Part shown: piece by piece, positions 19,927 to 30,738 of the stretch
Position numbering within the stretch: position 1 is the first letter of the stretch
Layout of the letters: each line of letters opens with the position of its first letter
Assembly (NCBI GenBank): GCA_964550615.1
Contig: CAZKAB010000007.1
Coordinates: 7-64,006 of the forward strand
Source: an uncultured Thermotogae bacterium
GTDB taxonomy: Bacteria; Bipolaricaulota; Bipolaricaulia; UBA7950; UBA9294
Direction: 5' to 3'
DNA: 64,000 nt
Program-made: the position numbers and the translations under genes
The notes under the pieces: generated by a model
Told to the model about the DNA's origin: nothing
Database searches by the model: none
The model's input: only the letters and a program-made list of their open reading frames with translations

Positions 19927-20862
19927 CTATGCCTCATCCGAAAGGAGCTTCAACCATTCCAACCGTCGCTTCAGATCAGAGTCCTGCAGCTTAGCCAGCG
20001 CTTCTTTCTGGATCTGACGAACGCGTTCACGGCTGATTCCAAACTCTACTCCCACTTCGTCAAGGGTGCGCGGTTGGTAGTCGTTAAGGCCGTAACGCAG
20101 CTCAAGGATGCGCTTTTCGCGCTCGGTGAGTCGCTCGTCGAGCGCCTGCTCAAGCTCTTGCACAAGAAGATGCTCGAACGTTTCGCGTTCCGGTGAATCG
20201 GCCGAGCTATCCTCGATGAAGTCTCCCAGGACAGAGCCGTCATCGTCATATCCGATCGGCATATCAAGCGAGGCCATGCTCTGAGCCGTCTTCTTCGCCT
20301 TGATAATATTCTCTTCCGTCGTCTCAAGATCGTGAGCAAGATTCTCCGACGTGGGCATATCGCCCGTTTCCTTGAGATGATCACGTTCCAGCTGATAGAT
20401 CTTACGGATGAGTTCGTTGATATGAGTGGGTACTCGGATCGTGCGCGACCGATTCGTGATTGCCCGCAGGATAGCCTGTCGAATCCACCACGTCGCATAG
20501 GTAGAGAACTTGTATCCCTTGGTGTAGTCAAACTTCTCGATCGCCTTCATCAGCCCCAGGTTCCCTTCCTGGATAAGATCAAGGAACGGCAGGCCGCATC
20601 CGCGGTATTTCTTAGCGATCGACACGACAAGTCTCAGGTTTGCTTCTGCAAGCTCCTCTTTTGCCCGCTTCTCGCCCGCTTCGATCCGCTTGGAGATCGT
20701 TACCTCCTCCTCGCGCGTGAGGAGCGGAACACGGTTAATCTCGCCGAAATACGTACGAATAGGGTTGTCCGCACGCGAAGAACGCTCACGGATGTCCCTC
20801 TTGTTATCAGGCTTCGTGCTCAGATTCTCTTTGAGGTTGATCGTCGCCTTTGGTTCTTTCAT
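19927..20862 (-). CDS. RNA polymerase sigma factor, RpoD/SigA family (no region 1.1)
   Basis: Region 2 [37 protein letters not shown]. Region 4.2 [20 protein letters not shown]. Strong GGAGGAAGGG SD. Confidence 0.92.
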   Translation of the reverse strand: MKEPKATINLKENLSTKPDNKRDIRERSSRADNPIRTYFGEINRVPLLTREEEVTISKRIEAGEKRAKEELAEANLRLVVSIAKKYRGCGLPFLDLIQEGNLGLMKAIEKFDYTKGYKFSTYATWWIRQAILRAITNRSRTIRVPTHINELIRKIYQLERDHLKETGDMPTSENLAHDLETTEENIIKAKKTAQSMASLDMPIGYDDDGSVLGDFIEDSSADSPERETFEHLLVQELEQALDERLTEREKRILELRYGLNDYQPRTLDEVGVEFGISRERVRQIQKEALAKLQDSDLKRRLEWLKLLSDEA

Positions 20863-21114
20863 CCCTTCCTCCTAAACCGTTCGCCTGTCAGTGGAACTTC
20901 AGGAGACTGACCAAACATAATCGGACGACCCTGAGGGGTCCTCCGATCAGCTTCACAGTGATATTTCGCTACTTGTCTGCTGTCGCGGCATCCGCCGCTT
21001 CATGTTTTCCCAATCCCTCAGTCTCTGACAGTCAGTATAGCACAAATCGGAGGCGATGTGAAGCATCAAATGGAGCTGGTTTCAACGGATTTGGGAAGTG
21101 ACAATCCTAAGCAC

Positions 21115-21702
21115 TCAGCTATGTGGATAGTAGGTGAGAAGAGCAACTACCCCGAGCCCGATGACAAGCCAGATGTAGAACAGATTCTCCGCTCCGAGCA
21201 CCGGCGGTCGTGGCGGCACGAATGAAACCCTCGCCCCGAGCGAAACCTGTGGAGTGAAGGTCCACGCCGGCGGAAGCGTATCTAGCGATCGCACGCTGGC
21301 GACAATCGCCACCGAATCAAGCAGCCAAAGCTGCGCTCCGGCCGTGATGTGCACAAATGGAGTCACCCCCCACGTACCGCCTATCACGCGCCATTGCAGA
21401 GCAAGTCCGCCGCCCGAATAGAGCGCAATCGGCCCCAGCCATCCCTTGATGACTAGATCCACGCTCGCCTCGAACAGGTCGGGAAACGTCGCCGGATATG
21501 TCAGCGCCGTAAACAAGAACGTCAGGTTTGGATCGAACAGCATCTCCGCGCTGAGATAAGAGAAAGACGCGTTCCAGTCAATCGGGAGGACCGCGGGAAC
21601 CCCAACATCGAAGCCAAACGCAATCGGCAGCGCCGCTTGCGCCGAAATAACTCCCGCAAGCATCGAAACGACGAATACAAAGCACAGAAGCTTCTTATGC
21701 AC
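21115..21702 (-). CDS. Hypothetical secreted beta-rich protein with a C-terminal TM anchor
   Basis: GTG at 21702 follows AGGAGG. Signal peptide HKKLLCFVFVVSMLAGVISAQA. C-terminal helix LFYIWLVIGLGVVALL. Confidence 0.55.
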   Translation of the reverse strand: MHKKLLCFVFVVSMLAGVISAQAALPIAFGFDVGVPAVLPIDWNASFSYLSAEMLFDPNLTFLFTALTYPATFPDLFEASVDLVIKGWLGPIALYSGGGLALQWRVIGGTWGVTPFVHITAGAQLWLLDSVAIVASVRSLDTLPPAWTFTPQVSLGARVSFVPPRPPVLGAENLFYIWLVIGLGVVALLTYYPHS

Positions 21703-21822
21703 GTTTCCTCCTGACAAGCAGGATATCCCTTTCGCGCAAACAACAAGAGGGCGTTCGACCATTCCGTAAGGGTAACATGTCCTCTCATTGCTGGTGCCAT
21801 CGTTAGTTGATAAGGTCTCGTC

Positions 21823-22527
21823 ATGAGCTATGCCAAACAGACGCCAACCACAGAATCGCCGCTACTCATCTTCGATCTTGATGGCACTTTGTACAAGACT
21901 GAAACGTCATTCCTGCCTGCGATCACGGAGATCTTCCAATATCACCAGCTCGCTGCGCCGCCTTCACAGGAGTTGCTGCCGTTCATCGGAGAACCGTTCG
22001 ATCGCTTGCTGCAATGGCTCGCAGTTCGCCTCGCCGATTCGCGCGGACCTTCCTTGACACCGCAGCGTCTACACGAGTACATCGCCCGGCGTGAGCTCCA
22101 GTATGTAAAGACGAATGGAAAGTTGTACCCGGCCGTGGCAGATACGCTAACCGAGCTACGGAAACGCCGGTATGGGATCTCCCTCTGCACAAACGGCGGT
22201 GAGACGTATGCACGCGCAGTGCTTGGTACCTTCAGGATCGAATCACTCTTCGATTTCCTCCGATTCCGCGGAAGCGAAGACGAGGGCAAGCCAGGAATGG
22301 TACGCTCTCTGCTGGAGGCAGCGGGAGCATCTCAGGCAATCGTAATTGGCGATCGGTATCATGATCTCATGGCGGCACAAGAGAATGGGTGCGCGGCAAT
22401 CGGAGTTTCGTACGGCTATGCCCGTCCCGGCGAACTCGCGGATGCGGACGCAAGGCTGGATAGTTTTGACAATCTACCGGAACTTCTGGTTTCTTTGCCG
22501 GTTGGCGATCGCTGTTGTCGGGGCTAG
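21823..22527 (+). CDS. HAD-superfamily hydrolase (phosphoglycolate-phosphatase-like)
   Basis: Motif I LLIFDLDGTLY, motif II SLCTNG, motif IV VIGDRYHDL. Confidence 0.8.
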   Translation: MSYAKQTPTTESPLLIFDLDGTLYKTETSFLPAITEIFQYHQLAAPPSQELLPFIGEPFDRLLQWLAVRLADSRGPSLTPQRLHEYIARRELQYVKTNGKLYPAVADTLTELRKRRYGISLCTNGGETYARAVLGTFRIESLFDFLRFRGSEDEGKPGMVRSLLEAAGASQAIVIGDRYHDLMAAQENGCAAIGVSYGYARPGELADADARLDSFDNLPELLVSLPVGDRCCRG

Positions 22528-22567
22528 ACTCTCAAGACTGCCTTGCGCTTTCAAATAAGGAGGAACG

Positions 22568-23962
22568 ATGTTGCACATATTGCAGGCGATCGCTCACCGC
22601 TCGGATGCGTGGGTGGAGCTTCGGTATCACGCGCGTCGCACCAAGCGAATAGCCGTTAGCAGCGGTCGGTTGGAAGAATCGTCTTCCGTTCGCCTAGTCG
22701 GTGTTGGCGTACGTGTCCTCATCGCTGGTGTATTGGGATTTTCCAGCACCACCGATCTTTCCAAACAAGGGATTGAACAGGCCGTGCGCGAGGCGGAGGA
22801 CGCCGCTCGCGCATCTGCCGTGGCAAAGCGAGACAAGATCAAAGGCCTCGCCGCAGTCGCTCCGGTAACAGGCAAGTTCTCTGTAGAGACATCAGATCCA
22901 CTAGACAACCACTCACTGGAGGAGAAGTTGGCGCTCGTCATGCGCGTCGACAGCCAAGTTCGCGGCACGTCAAAGAAGATCGTGTCGTCAACCGTCGCCT
23001 ATGCAGAGATTCAGGACGAGAAGATCATCGTCACTTCCGACGGCGCGGCCGCACACGTATTCGACGCCAAGCCTGAGTTCCGGGTTCTTGCAGTGGCACA
23101 AGAAGGATCCGATCAGACAATGGGTATGGATTCGGCCGGAGTCAGCGGCGGGTTCGCTGATCTGTTCGCCAAGAGATCCCCAGAGGAGATGGCAGACAAG
23201 GCGGTTGCTCTCGCCGTGAATCAGCTGGGAGCTGAATATGCGCATGGAGAGAGGGCGACCGTCGTCCTCGATCCAGGTCTGGTGGGTGTGCTCAGTCATG
23301 AAGCTATCGGCCACACTGTGGAGGCGGACATCGTCTTGTCGGGCGCAATCACGAACGGCAAGATCGGAACGCGGGTAGCATCGGAACTGGTCACGATGTG
23401 CGACAGTGGACCATCGACCCATCTGCCGCACGCCGCCGGTGAGCTACTCGTCGACGATGAAGGAGTGAAGACGGGCAACACCGTGATCATAGAACACGGT
23501 GTTCTCCGTTCATATCTGCACAACCGCGAGAGTGCGGCTCACTTTGGAGTCGAAGCGACCGGAAACGCGCGCGCATTCGAATACTCCGATGTTCCTATAA
23601 TCCGGATGCGGAACACCTACATCGAAATCGGCGGGTCTTCCAAGGAAGAGATGATCGCGGGAGTCAAGCACGGCTACTACCTGGAGGGTCTCGGCGGCGG
23701 CGGTCAGGCAGATTCGAACGCCGAGTTCATGTTCGGGGTTCGAGAAGCGCACCTGATCGAAGATGGAAAACTGGGAAAGCTCGTGCGCGGCGTAACGATC
23801 TCCGGAAACGCATTCGATGTCATGAAGTCGGTTGACGCAGTAGGAAGTGACTTTAGCTGGGACCTCGGCGCCGGGAACTGCGGAAAGAGTCAACTGGCGA
23901 AGGTGGATGCGGGTGGACCGCATCTGCGCTGCGTAGTGACGATTGGAGGGCGGCAGGAATGA
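22568..23962 (+). CDS. tldD: Metalloprotease TldD (peptidase U62)
   Basis: HEAIGH motif, 464 aa, paired with pmbA. AAGGAGGA SD. Confidence 0.9.
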   Translation: MLHILQAIAHRSDAWVELRYHARRTKRIAVSSGRLEESSSVRLVGVGVRVLIAGVLGFSSTTDLSKQGIEQAVREAEDAARASAVAKRDKIKGLAAVAPVTGKFSVETSDPLDNHSLEEKLALVMRVDSQVRGTSKKIVSSTVAYAEIQDEKIIVTSDGAAAHVFDAKPEFRVLAVAQEGSDQTMGMDSAGVSGGFADLFAKRSPEEMADKAVALAVNQLGAEYAHGERATVVLDPGLVGVLSHEAIGHTVEADIVLSGAITNGKIGTRVASELVTMCDSGPSTHLPHAAGELLVDDEGVKTGNTVIIEHGVLRSYLHNRESAAHFGVEATGNARAFEYSDVPIIRMRNTYIEIGGSSKEEMIAGVKHGYYLEGLGGGGQADSNAEFMFGVREAHLIEDGKLGKLVRGVTISGNAFDVMKSVDAVGSDFSWDLGAGNCGKSQLAKVDAGGPHLRCVVTIGGRQE

Positions 23963-25296
23963 CCAATCAGAAACTTATCGGGCTATGCCGACAGGCGCTC
24001 GATCAGACGAACAAACACGGTGCCGACGCGGCAGAGGCATACGGAGAATCGGCGCGGACAATTACCGTTACGATCGAGAAGAACGACCTACAAATCTCCC
24101 GCAGCCACAAGGAAACCATGATCGGGATACGGGCATTCAAGGGGAAGCGCATTGGATTCGCCTCCACGAACGACCCGCAGACACTTGATGAGACCTGTGC
24201 AGACGCAGTCGTACTGGCGAACGCATCCCCCGCAGATGAGAGGAACCTCCTTCCCGAAGTCGAGGATATCGAGTATGTTGACGGCATATACGACCCACAC
24301 TCCGAGACGTTTACCACCAAGGACGCGATCGAGCAGGCCGTAAAGATACTCGACATCGCGCGCTCGATCGACAGTCGTCTGATCGTCGGAAACGGCGAGT
24401 TTTCCGTCCACATCGGCACCCGCGCACTGGCGAACAGCAACGGCATACTCCGTTCCGAGCAAGAGAGCCTGTTCTTCTATTTCGCACTTGCCACTGCCCG
24501 CGACGGTGAGCGCGTATCGAACATGGATTACCAGTTTGACGCTACTCGTAACCTGTCGACGATAGATGTGGAACCGATTGTCCGCCGCGCTTGTGAGAAT
24601 GCGCTTGGTTCACTGGGTGCAGAGCCGGGAGACAGTTTCAACGGCCCGATCATTCTGTCGCCGAACGCCGTGCAAGGAATCCTTGCGGGGTTGATCCTGT
24701 TCCAGACGGACGCCAAGAACATCCTTCGTGGAATGAGCCGCTGGAAGGAAAGCGTTGACACTGCGGTCGCTTCTCCCCTTATCACCGTGGTGGACGACGG
24801 CAGGGCGAAAGACGGGATTGCCACGTCATCGTTCGATCGCGAAGGCGTCGGGCACGCGAGGCTGGAGCTGATCAAGGACGGACGGCTCATGTCATTCATG
24901 CATAACACCTACACCGCCGCCGCGATGAAGACGAAGAACACTGCTCATGCAGCCGGACCAGCCCGGTCCCTTCCGAGAATCGGACCAACCAACTTCGAGA
25001 TCGTGCCCGGCAGCACAACGAAGGACGCGTTGATCTCCGAGATGAAGAAGGGCGTTCTCGTCACACGTTTTTCCGGTCGCGCCGACCCGATATCGGGCGA
25101 TTTTTCCGGCGTCGCCAAGGGGGCGTACCTGATTGAGAATGGGCGCGTTACGCGGCCGGTCAAGGGAACACTTGTCGCCGGAAACGCGTTTGAGGCACTA
25201 AAAAAACTGTCGGGCGTATCGCGCGAACAGGAACGTGTATTCAATTTCACTCTTCCCTACCTGAGGCTGGAAGGGATATCTGTTACTGCGGGCTGA
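23959..25296 (+). CDS. pmbA: TldE/PmbA metalloprotease partner (peptidase U62)
   Basis: 445 aa. U62 C-terminal pattern (SGDFSGVAKGAYLIENG). 4-nt overlap with tldD. Confidence 0.88.
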   Translation: MTNQKLIGLCRQALDQTNKHGADAAEAYGESARTITVTIEKNDLQISRSHKETMIGIRAFKGKRIGFASTNDPQTLDETCADAVVLANASPADERNLLPEVEDIEYVDGIYDPHSETFTTKDAIEQAVKILDIARSIDSRLIVGNGEFSVHIGTRALANSNGILRSEQESLFFYFALATARDGERVSNMDYQFDATRNLSTIDVEPIVRRACENALGSLGAEPGDSFNGPIILSPNAVQGILAGLILFQTDAKNILRGMSRWKESVDTAVASPLITVVDDGRAKDGIATSSFDREGVGHARLELIKDGRLMSFMHNTYTAAAMKTKNTAHAAGPARSLPRIGPTNFEIVPGSTTKDALISEMKKGVLVTRFSGRADPISGDFSGVAKGAYLIENGRVTRPVKGTLVAGNAFEALKKLSGVSREQERVFNFTLPYLRLEGISVTAG

Positions 25297-25299
25297 TCG

Positions 25300-25731
25300 A
25301 TGATCACAATACGAGAACTGAAGGTCGAGGACTACCAAGCGTTGTGCACCTTGTGGGAGGCTGCCGGCCTCCCCTTCAAACCGGCCGGCCGCGATCGTGA
25401 AGAGAGAATCGCCCAAGAGATCAATGGCCCGTGTTCCGTCTTCCTCGCAGCCGAGGAAGACGGAGAGCTTGTGGGTGTCGTGCTTGGAACCCATGACGGC
25501 CGCAAGGGGTGGATCAATCGGCTCGCCGTCCTCCCTTCCCATCGCCGAGAAGGGATCGCCACCGCTTTGGTGAACGCGGCCGAGGAGCGATTCGCCGCAC
25601 TCGGGATAGGTATCTTCACATGCATGATCGAGGACTGGAACGAGTCGTCGATGGTGTTGTTCGACCACCTAGACTACGTCCGGCACGACGACATAATCTA
25701 CTTCTCCAAGCGACTCTATCCCGACGTCTAA
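25300..25731 (+). CDS. GNAT family N-acetyltransferase
   Basis: Acetyl-CoA motif A: RLAVLPSHRREGIATALV. Confidence 0.85.
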   Translation: MITIRELKVEDYQALCTLWEAAGLPFKPAGRDREERIAQEINGPCSVFLAAEEDGELVGVVLGTHDGRKGWINRLAVLPSHRREGIATALVNAAEERFAALGIGIFTCMIEDWNESSMVLFDHLDYVRHDDIIYFSKRLYPDV

Positions 25732-25801
25732 TAGATTCGGCATCGAAAACCAGATGCTGCCCCCGGCTTCAGCCGCTCTTCGGCACGACCGCTTTCCAAC
25801 C

Positions 25802-25933
25802 CTATTCCGTGGGTGATGGCAGCCCTCGCAGCCCCAGCGGAGGACCGAGGATCTCGGAGAGCACGATGCCCACACGCACGTCATCGCGGAGTAGCGTGCG
25901 GATAACGTCCGCCACTCCTTCTGAGGACGTCAT
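25802..25933 (-). CDS. Possible 43-aa ORF translationally coupled to floA (speculative)
   Basis: Its ATG overlaps the floA stop as ATGA, and the GGAGGA SD lies inside the floA 3' end. Peptide: [43 protein letters not shown]. No recognisable family. Confidence 0.25.
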   Translation of the reverse strand: MTSSEGVADVIRTLLRDDVRVGIVLSEILGPPLGLRGLPSPTE

Positions 25934-26919
25934 CTTTGATCCTCCTTGCCCTTCTCCACGGATGGCCCATCCGTCTTTGCCAAGCCTTCTCTCATTTGCG
26001 TGTCGGCCTGTATGTTCTTCATCCGATAGTAATCCATTATTCCCAGGTGGCCGCTACGAAAAGCGTCGGCCATGGCGCGCGGAATCTCCGCCTCCGCCTC
26101 TACTACCGCCGCCCGTCGTTCCCGAACAAGAGCACTCATCTCTTGTTCGCGCGCAATCGCCATCGCCCGCCGTTCCTCAGCCTTGGCGCGAGCGACTTTG
26201 AGGTCGGCCTCAGCCTGATCGGTCTGAAGCTGTGCCCCAATGTTCTTCCCCACATCGACATCCGCGATGTCGATCGACAGGATCTCGAACGCCGTGCCTG
26301 AGTCCAATCCCTTTCCCAGCACAAGGCGGGAAATGGAATCGGGGTTCTCTAGCACGTCTTTGTGGGAGGCGGCGGAACCGATTGCAGACACGATCCCCTC
26401 GCCCACGCGAGCAATGATCGTTTCCTCCGTCGCACCGCCGACCAGGCGCTCGATGTTGGCACGCACCGTCACCCGCGCCAACGCAAACAGCTGAATTCCA
26501 TCCTTGGCGACCGCTCCAATCTTCGGGGTTTCGATGACGCGGGGATTGACCGACATGGCCACAGCTCCGAGCACATCCCGTCCGGCAAGGTCAATCGCCG
26601 CCGCTCTCTGAAAGTCGAGGGAGATGTTCGCCTTGTCGGCCGAGATAAGGGCGCGCACCACTCGCTGTACGTCACCACCGGCGAGCACGTGCGCTTCCAA
26701 TTCGGTGATGTTCGGCCTCAGTCCCGCCTTCCAGGCGGTGATCATCGGGCCGATTACTCGAGCAGGGTTGACCTTGCGCAGTCGCATCCCGATGAGCGTC
26801 ATTGGACCGACCGGCACCCCGGCGGCAAGCGCCGAAATCCATAATCCCACCGGCACAAAGTAGAAGAATACCCATATCACAAGCAGCGCCAGTACCGCCA
26901 CCACAATGTAGAGAATCAT
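25930..26919 (-). CDS. floA: Flotillin-like protein FloA (SPFH, YqfA family)
   Basis: Near-colinear with B. subtilis FloA by eye: [62 protein letters not shown]. Confidence 0.95.
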   Translation of the reverse strand: MILYIVVAVLALLVIWVFFYFVPVGLWISALAAGVPVGPMTLIGMRLRKVNPARVIGPMITAWKAGLRPNITELEAHVLAGGDVQRVVRALISADKANISLDFQRAAAIDLAGRDVLGAVAMSVNPRVIETPKIGAVAKDGIQLFALARVTVRANIERLVGGATEETIIARVGEGIVSAIGSAASHKDVLENPDSISRLVLGKGLDSGTAFEILSIDIADVDVGKNIGAQLQTDQAEADLKVARAKAEERRAMAIAREQEMSALVRERRAAVVEAEAEIPRAMADAFRSGHLGIMDYYRMKNIQADTQMREGLAKTDGPSVEKGKEDQR

Positions 26920-28268
26920 GCTTTGCCCTCCTTCTCACTCTTCTTGACTACCTTGCGGTAGCCTTCATCCTTTGTCACCACAATCGGCGTCCCTTGTGGG
27001 AGGAAGCCCTCCTCACACACTATGTCCGTCCGCTCATCGCCGAATTCGCCCACTCCTACCGGATGGAGATCCGTAACCGCCACGCCCTTTCTCCCCACCC
27101 ATTCTCCCTCACGCGACTCCGCCTTCTTGTCGAACGCACGTCCGGTGATCGTCTGTGAGAGTATGACACCGCCGAACCGAAGGCGCGTCTTTGGGAGCCG
27201 CGTGACGATGAGAATCGCTATCACCAGTGCAAGCACAAGACCGACAGAGACGGCAACAATGGCATGTATCGCTTCAGCCGGCTGCGCCAATGGGCCCACC
27301 ATGGACGTGTAGAAGCCGATACCGACGAGAACGAGACCGGCGAGGCCGGATAAACCCAACGTAGTACCGGTGAATACGAATACCTCAAGGAAGATGAACA
27401 CGATACCGGCAAGAAGGAACATGATCGAGCCCCATCCGGCAAGGCCGACAAGGAAGTGCGACCAGAAAAAGACACCCAACAGAACGAGGCCGCTCATCCC
27501 CGGTATGCCGAAGCCGGGCACGATCATCTCTACGAAAAGACCCAGCACGCCCGTCGCGATTAGTATTCCTGCCACCCACGGCGTCGTCAGGACTTCGACC
27601 ACATCATCGATCACGCGACGCTGGTGAACCACCACCGCCGCCCCGGTAAGCCCCTCCAGGCTAAGCAAGTCGTCGATGCCGGCGACTTCGCCATCGGAGT
27701 ATCCCCACTGTTCAGCCTCTGTATATGTCAAGGTGAGGAGCTTGCCCTTTTCGCTCAATCCCGGGATCTCGATGTCCCGATCGACCATCGCTTCAGCAAC
27801 ATCGGTCGGCCTTCCCCGCGATTCGGCAGTGGCAGCAAACAGTTCGCGCGTCGCCGATACGATCTTCTCCGGCGCTTCTTCCATCTTTCCAGATTCGAAA
27901 TAGACCGGCGTCGCCGCTCCTATCACTCCGGCCGAGGCGAAGTATATCTTTTCGCAAGCAATCGCAAGCAGCGCTCCAGCGGAATACGCTTCCCGGTTGA
28001 CGTAGGCGATAGTCGGGATTTTCGCGTCAAGGATAGCGTCACGCGCCGCGATCGCCGAATCGAGATATCCACCCGGAGTGGAGAGTTCGATCACCACTGC
28101 ATCCGCTCCTGACTCCGCTGCGGAAGACAGCCCCTGACGCAAGTAAGAGACGGTACCTCGGCCGATGTCGCCGTTGACGTTGAGAACCCACACCGATCCA
28201 GCTGTCTGTGACAACCCGAAATATGAGACCGCTAGCAGTATCACCAGAAACAGAATGCGAGTTTTCAT
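26916..28268 (-). CDS. nfeD: NfeD-like membrane-bound ClpP-class serine protease (YqeZ family)
   Basis: Signal peptide, ClpP-like N-domain, multi-TM core, C-terminal NfeD OB-fold region. 4-nt overlap with floA. Confidence 0.88.
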   Translation of the reverse strand: MKTRILFLVILLAVSYFGLSQTAGSVWVLNVNGDIGRGTVSYLRQGLSSAAESGADAVVIELSTPGGYLDSAIAARDAILDAKIPTIAYVNREAYSAGALLAIACEKIYFASAGVIGAATPVYFESGKMEEAPEKIVSATRELFAATAESRGRPTDVAEAMVDRDIEIPGLSEKGKLLTLTYTEAEQWGYSDGEVAGIDDLLSLEGLTGAAVVVHQRRVIDDVVEVLTTPWVAGILIATGVLGLFVEMIVPGFGIPGMSGLVLLGVFFWSHFLVGLAGWGSIMFLLAGIVFIFLEVFVFTGTTLGLSGLAGLVLVGIGFYTSMVGPLAQPAEAIHAIVAVSVGLVLALVIAILIVTRLPKTRLRFGGVILSQTITGRAFDKKAESREGEWVGRKGVAVTDLHPVGVGEFGDERTDIVCEEGFLPQGTPIVVTKDEGYRKVVKKSEKEGKA

Positions 28269-28652
28269 GGATCTATCCTAGGAACCCTTTCAGAACTTGT
28301 CAATAGTGCGGCCACTTCCGTCGAAGACGATCTTGCAGGTCTATTCATCGCTTGCCATCTTCTGTCGATCGCAGCACGTAGTGCGCAATCATTTTCCGCA
28401 GGTCCTTGATGAACCACGCGTAGAGGTCCCCCAATCTTACTCATCGGTGTACTACCACGGAATGAGGTTGTACGAAGGCATCAACGCAAGAGCCTGTATC
28501 GCCGATAGCGCGAGAAAACGGCAAATATGAGTGGTTTCACTATAGTCATCTCTTTATCCTACATGCTACTCTCATGTATCAGGCTTGACAATAGGCTCAC
28601 ATTTCCGCGATGTGACCGATTGTGATATACTGCGGGACATCTAAGGAGACTA

Positions 28653-28898
28653 ATGAAAAGAGAGAGCGACCGTCTGGTTACCGTGCTGACAACTGGCGAT
28701 GTGGGGACAATCGCTGTCGCCGCTTCCATACTCGAAGCGGCCGAGATTCCCTATTTCGAGAAGGGCGGCGCTTCCCGAAGCCTCGGCATCCAGCTGTTCA
28801 ATGCTTCAGCCGGGTTCGTGGAGTTTCAGGTCCGTCCCGAGGATGCCGAAGCGGCCCGCGATCTCCTGTCGCACCTGACAGAAGACGGCAAAGAATGA
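28653..28898 (+). CDS. DUF2007-like small protein (putative signal-transducing protein fold)
   Basis: 81 aa. Pattern LVTVLTTGDVGTIAVAASILEAAEIPY...EFQVRPEDAEAARDLL. Confidence 0.65.
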   Translation: MKRESDRLVTVLTTGDVGTIAVAASILEAAEIPYFEKGGASRSLGIQLFNASAGFVEFQVRPEDAEAARDLLSHLTEDGKE

Positions 28899-28938
28899 TC
28901 CGGCTTGGATGAGCAGTCAACACTCGTCCAAGCCGGAT
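28898..28938. terminator. Bidirectional hairpin between convergent genes
   Basis: 12-bp perfect stem atccggcttgga/tccaagccggat with a 17-nt loop. Confidence 0.5.
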
Positions 28939-28986
28939 TGACGTTGCACAGACTTCATCAACCCTTCGCTAGCGGCTAAAGTACCT

Positions 28987-30738
28987 CTACCAGCCGCCGC
29001 CGCCGCCGCCGCCAAAGCCACCACCGGAGAATCCGCCACCGAACGATCCCCCGCCACCCCACGCGGAGCGCCCACTCGAACTGGCACGTGGCGCGGAAAC
29101 GAATGTTCTCTCCATGCCTGATGACAGATTCGCCATCCCGATATAGAACAACGCAGGATTGAACCCGGGGCTCGCCCCCATGTACCAGTTCGGCGGCTCC
29201 TTCAACAGTCCTTCGAACTGCTTGCTCCAGATGGAGGTGAGATTGAGGGCCATGGCATACGGCAGAAGCTTCTCGAACAATTGCGGGTTCTTCTCCGGTG
29301 CGTCGTGGAACTCCATCTGCTCCACCTCCGCCCGACGGATGTACTCCGATAGGCCAAGTACGTCCCGCAGCGCTTCCGTGCCCTTGTTCGTCCGCCTCGG
29401 CATGATTGGAGTGAACGCGAGAATGATCACGCCACAGGCCGCAACCGCTACGCCAAGATAGAGCGAAGAGGCCCAGATCCCGACCGCCACGCCCAGGAAC
29501 ACAACGAGCATGCCCATCGTCGAATACGACCGGCGCACCCGCTCAGGGTTGCTCGCATATAGACCCTTCTTCACCAAGCCGGCGTACAGGTCCGATTTTA
29601 GCTGCGGCAGCACCTTATAGAACTTGTTCTCTAACGAAGAGAGCGTGCGACTGTCGGGGTTGCCGGAGTCAAAGATCGCCCCGAACAGCCTCGCCTCCAC
29701 CTTTGTGAGTCCAGTGTCGGTGTCCTTCTGCTTGACGAATTCGTAATCCGTCGGCCCGGACCGTCCGAACACACGCTTCACTTTGTCGGCAAGTCCGACA
29801 TCTTCGTCGCTGACCTCGCTGATAGTGAGATAGCCCTTGACCGCCAAGCCGATCACCATCGCCGTGATGTCTCGCAGATCGGCGCGATCGTCGATCAGCA
29901 CCCCCACTTCTCCGGCGTGCATTCCGCGTGGCGGTTCGAATCGCGGTGCGATCGTTCCCTTCGCCGGATCTTTCCCCTTGTAGAACCACAGCAGGAACAT
30001 CCCGATGAGGGCGAGGATCGGCAAAGCAGCGTACTTGTTCGCCGAAAGGAACCAGCCGATCTTCTGCCAGGTGGTCGGCGCGGCGATACCAGCCTGATCC
30101 CGCGGCATGGACACATCGATCGTCAACCCCTCTCCTGGAGAGAGATAACCCGTCTCAAAGATCAGGCGACCGCTGTCATCGACCACCCCTTGTCCACCGC
30201 GCGCCGAGCTCCCGTAGTAGCCGACGTAAGAAATGCTGCTCGCGTCGGCGGCGGGAACGGTGTCAGGCAGGGTGACGACGGCGCTCGCATGTTCGATCGG
30301 GATTCGCCAATCGTTCCCGGTTACATTCCAGTAAAGCTGGATGTATTCGTCATGGAAGAGGATGGCGCGTCCCACCGAATAGGAAATCACATAGGTGTGC
30401 GTCCCGGTGATATAGCGATCGGGGTCACCGATACGAATGATCACATTTCCACCGCTATGCCTGGTCGTGTACTGTGCGGGGGCGTTGTCCGCCTCGACAG
30501 ACTTGAGCCGGAATGAGACGCTCAGCTTCTCCCCTGTCGGTCGGCGATATGAAACGGGGATCTCCCGCTCGATCCCGTGATACGCAGTGTCGAACAGTAC
30601 CGTGAGGGTCTCGGTGACATGCAACGTCCCCTCCGTGTCGAGTGCAATCTGGCTCGCGAAGTCGTTAATGCGCAGGCTCGCCGATCCGAGGACCGATATT
30701 CCGGCAAGCAGTATGAGAAAGACAACTGCTTTTCGCAT
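28987..30738 (-). CDS. DUF2207 family membrane protein with a Gly-rich C-terminal tail
   Basis: Signal peptide, large extracytoplasmic N-domain, 3 TM. Tail: GGGGSFGGGFSGGGFGGGGGGGW. Start overlaps the lemA stop. Confidence 0.8.
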   Translation of the reverse strand: MRKAVVFLILLAGISVLGSASLRINDFASQIALDTEGTLHVTETLTVLFDTAYHGIEREIPVSYRRPTGEKLSVSFRLKSVEADNAPAQYTTRHSGGNVIIRIGDPDRYITGTHTYVISYSVGRAILFHDEYIQLYWNVTGNDWRIPIEHASAVVTLPDTVPAADASSISYVGYYGSSARGGQGVVDDSGRLIFETGYLSPGEGLTIDVSMPRDQAGIAAPTTWQKIGWFLSANKYAALPILALIGMFLLWFYKGKDPAKGTIAPRFEPPRGMHAGEVGVLIDDRADLRDITAMVIGLAVKGYLTISEVSDEDVGLADKVKRVFGRSGPTDYEFVKQKDTDTGLTKVEARLFGAIFDSGNPDSRTLSSLENKFYKVLPQLKSDLYAGLVKKGLYASNPERVRRSYSTMGMLVVFLGVAVGIWASSLYLGVAVAACGVIILAFTPIMPRRTNKGTEALRDVLGLSEYIRRAEVEQMEFHDAPEKNPQLFEKLLPYAMALNLTSIWSKQFEGLLKEPPNWYMGASPGFNPALFYIGMANLSSGMERTFVSAPRASSSGRSAWGGGGSFGGGFSGGGFGGGGGGGW

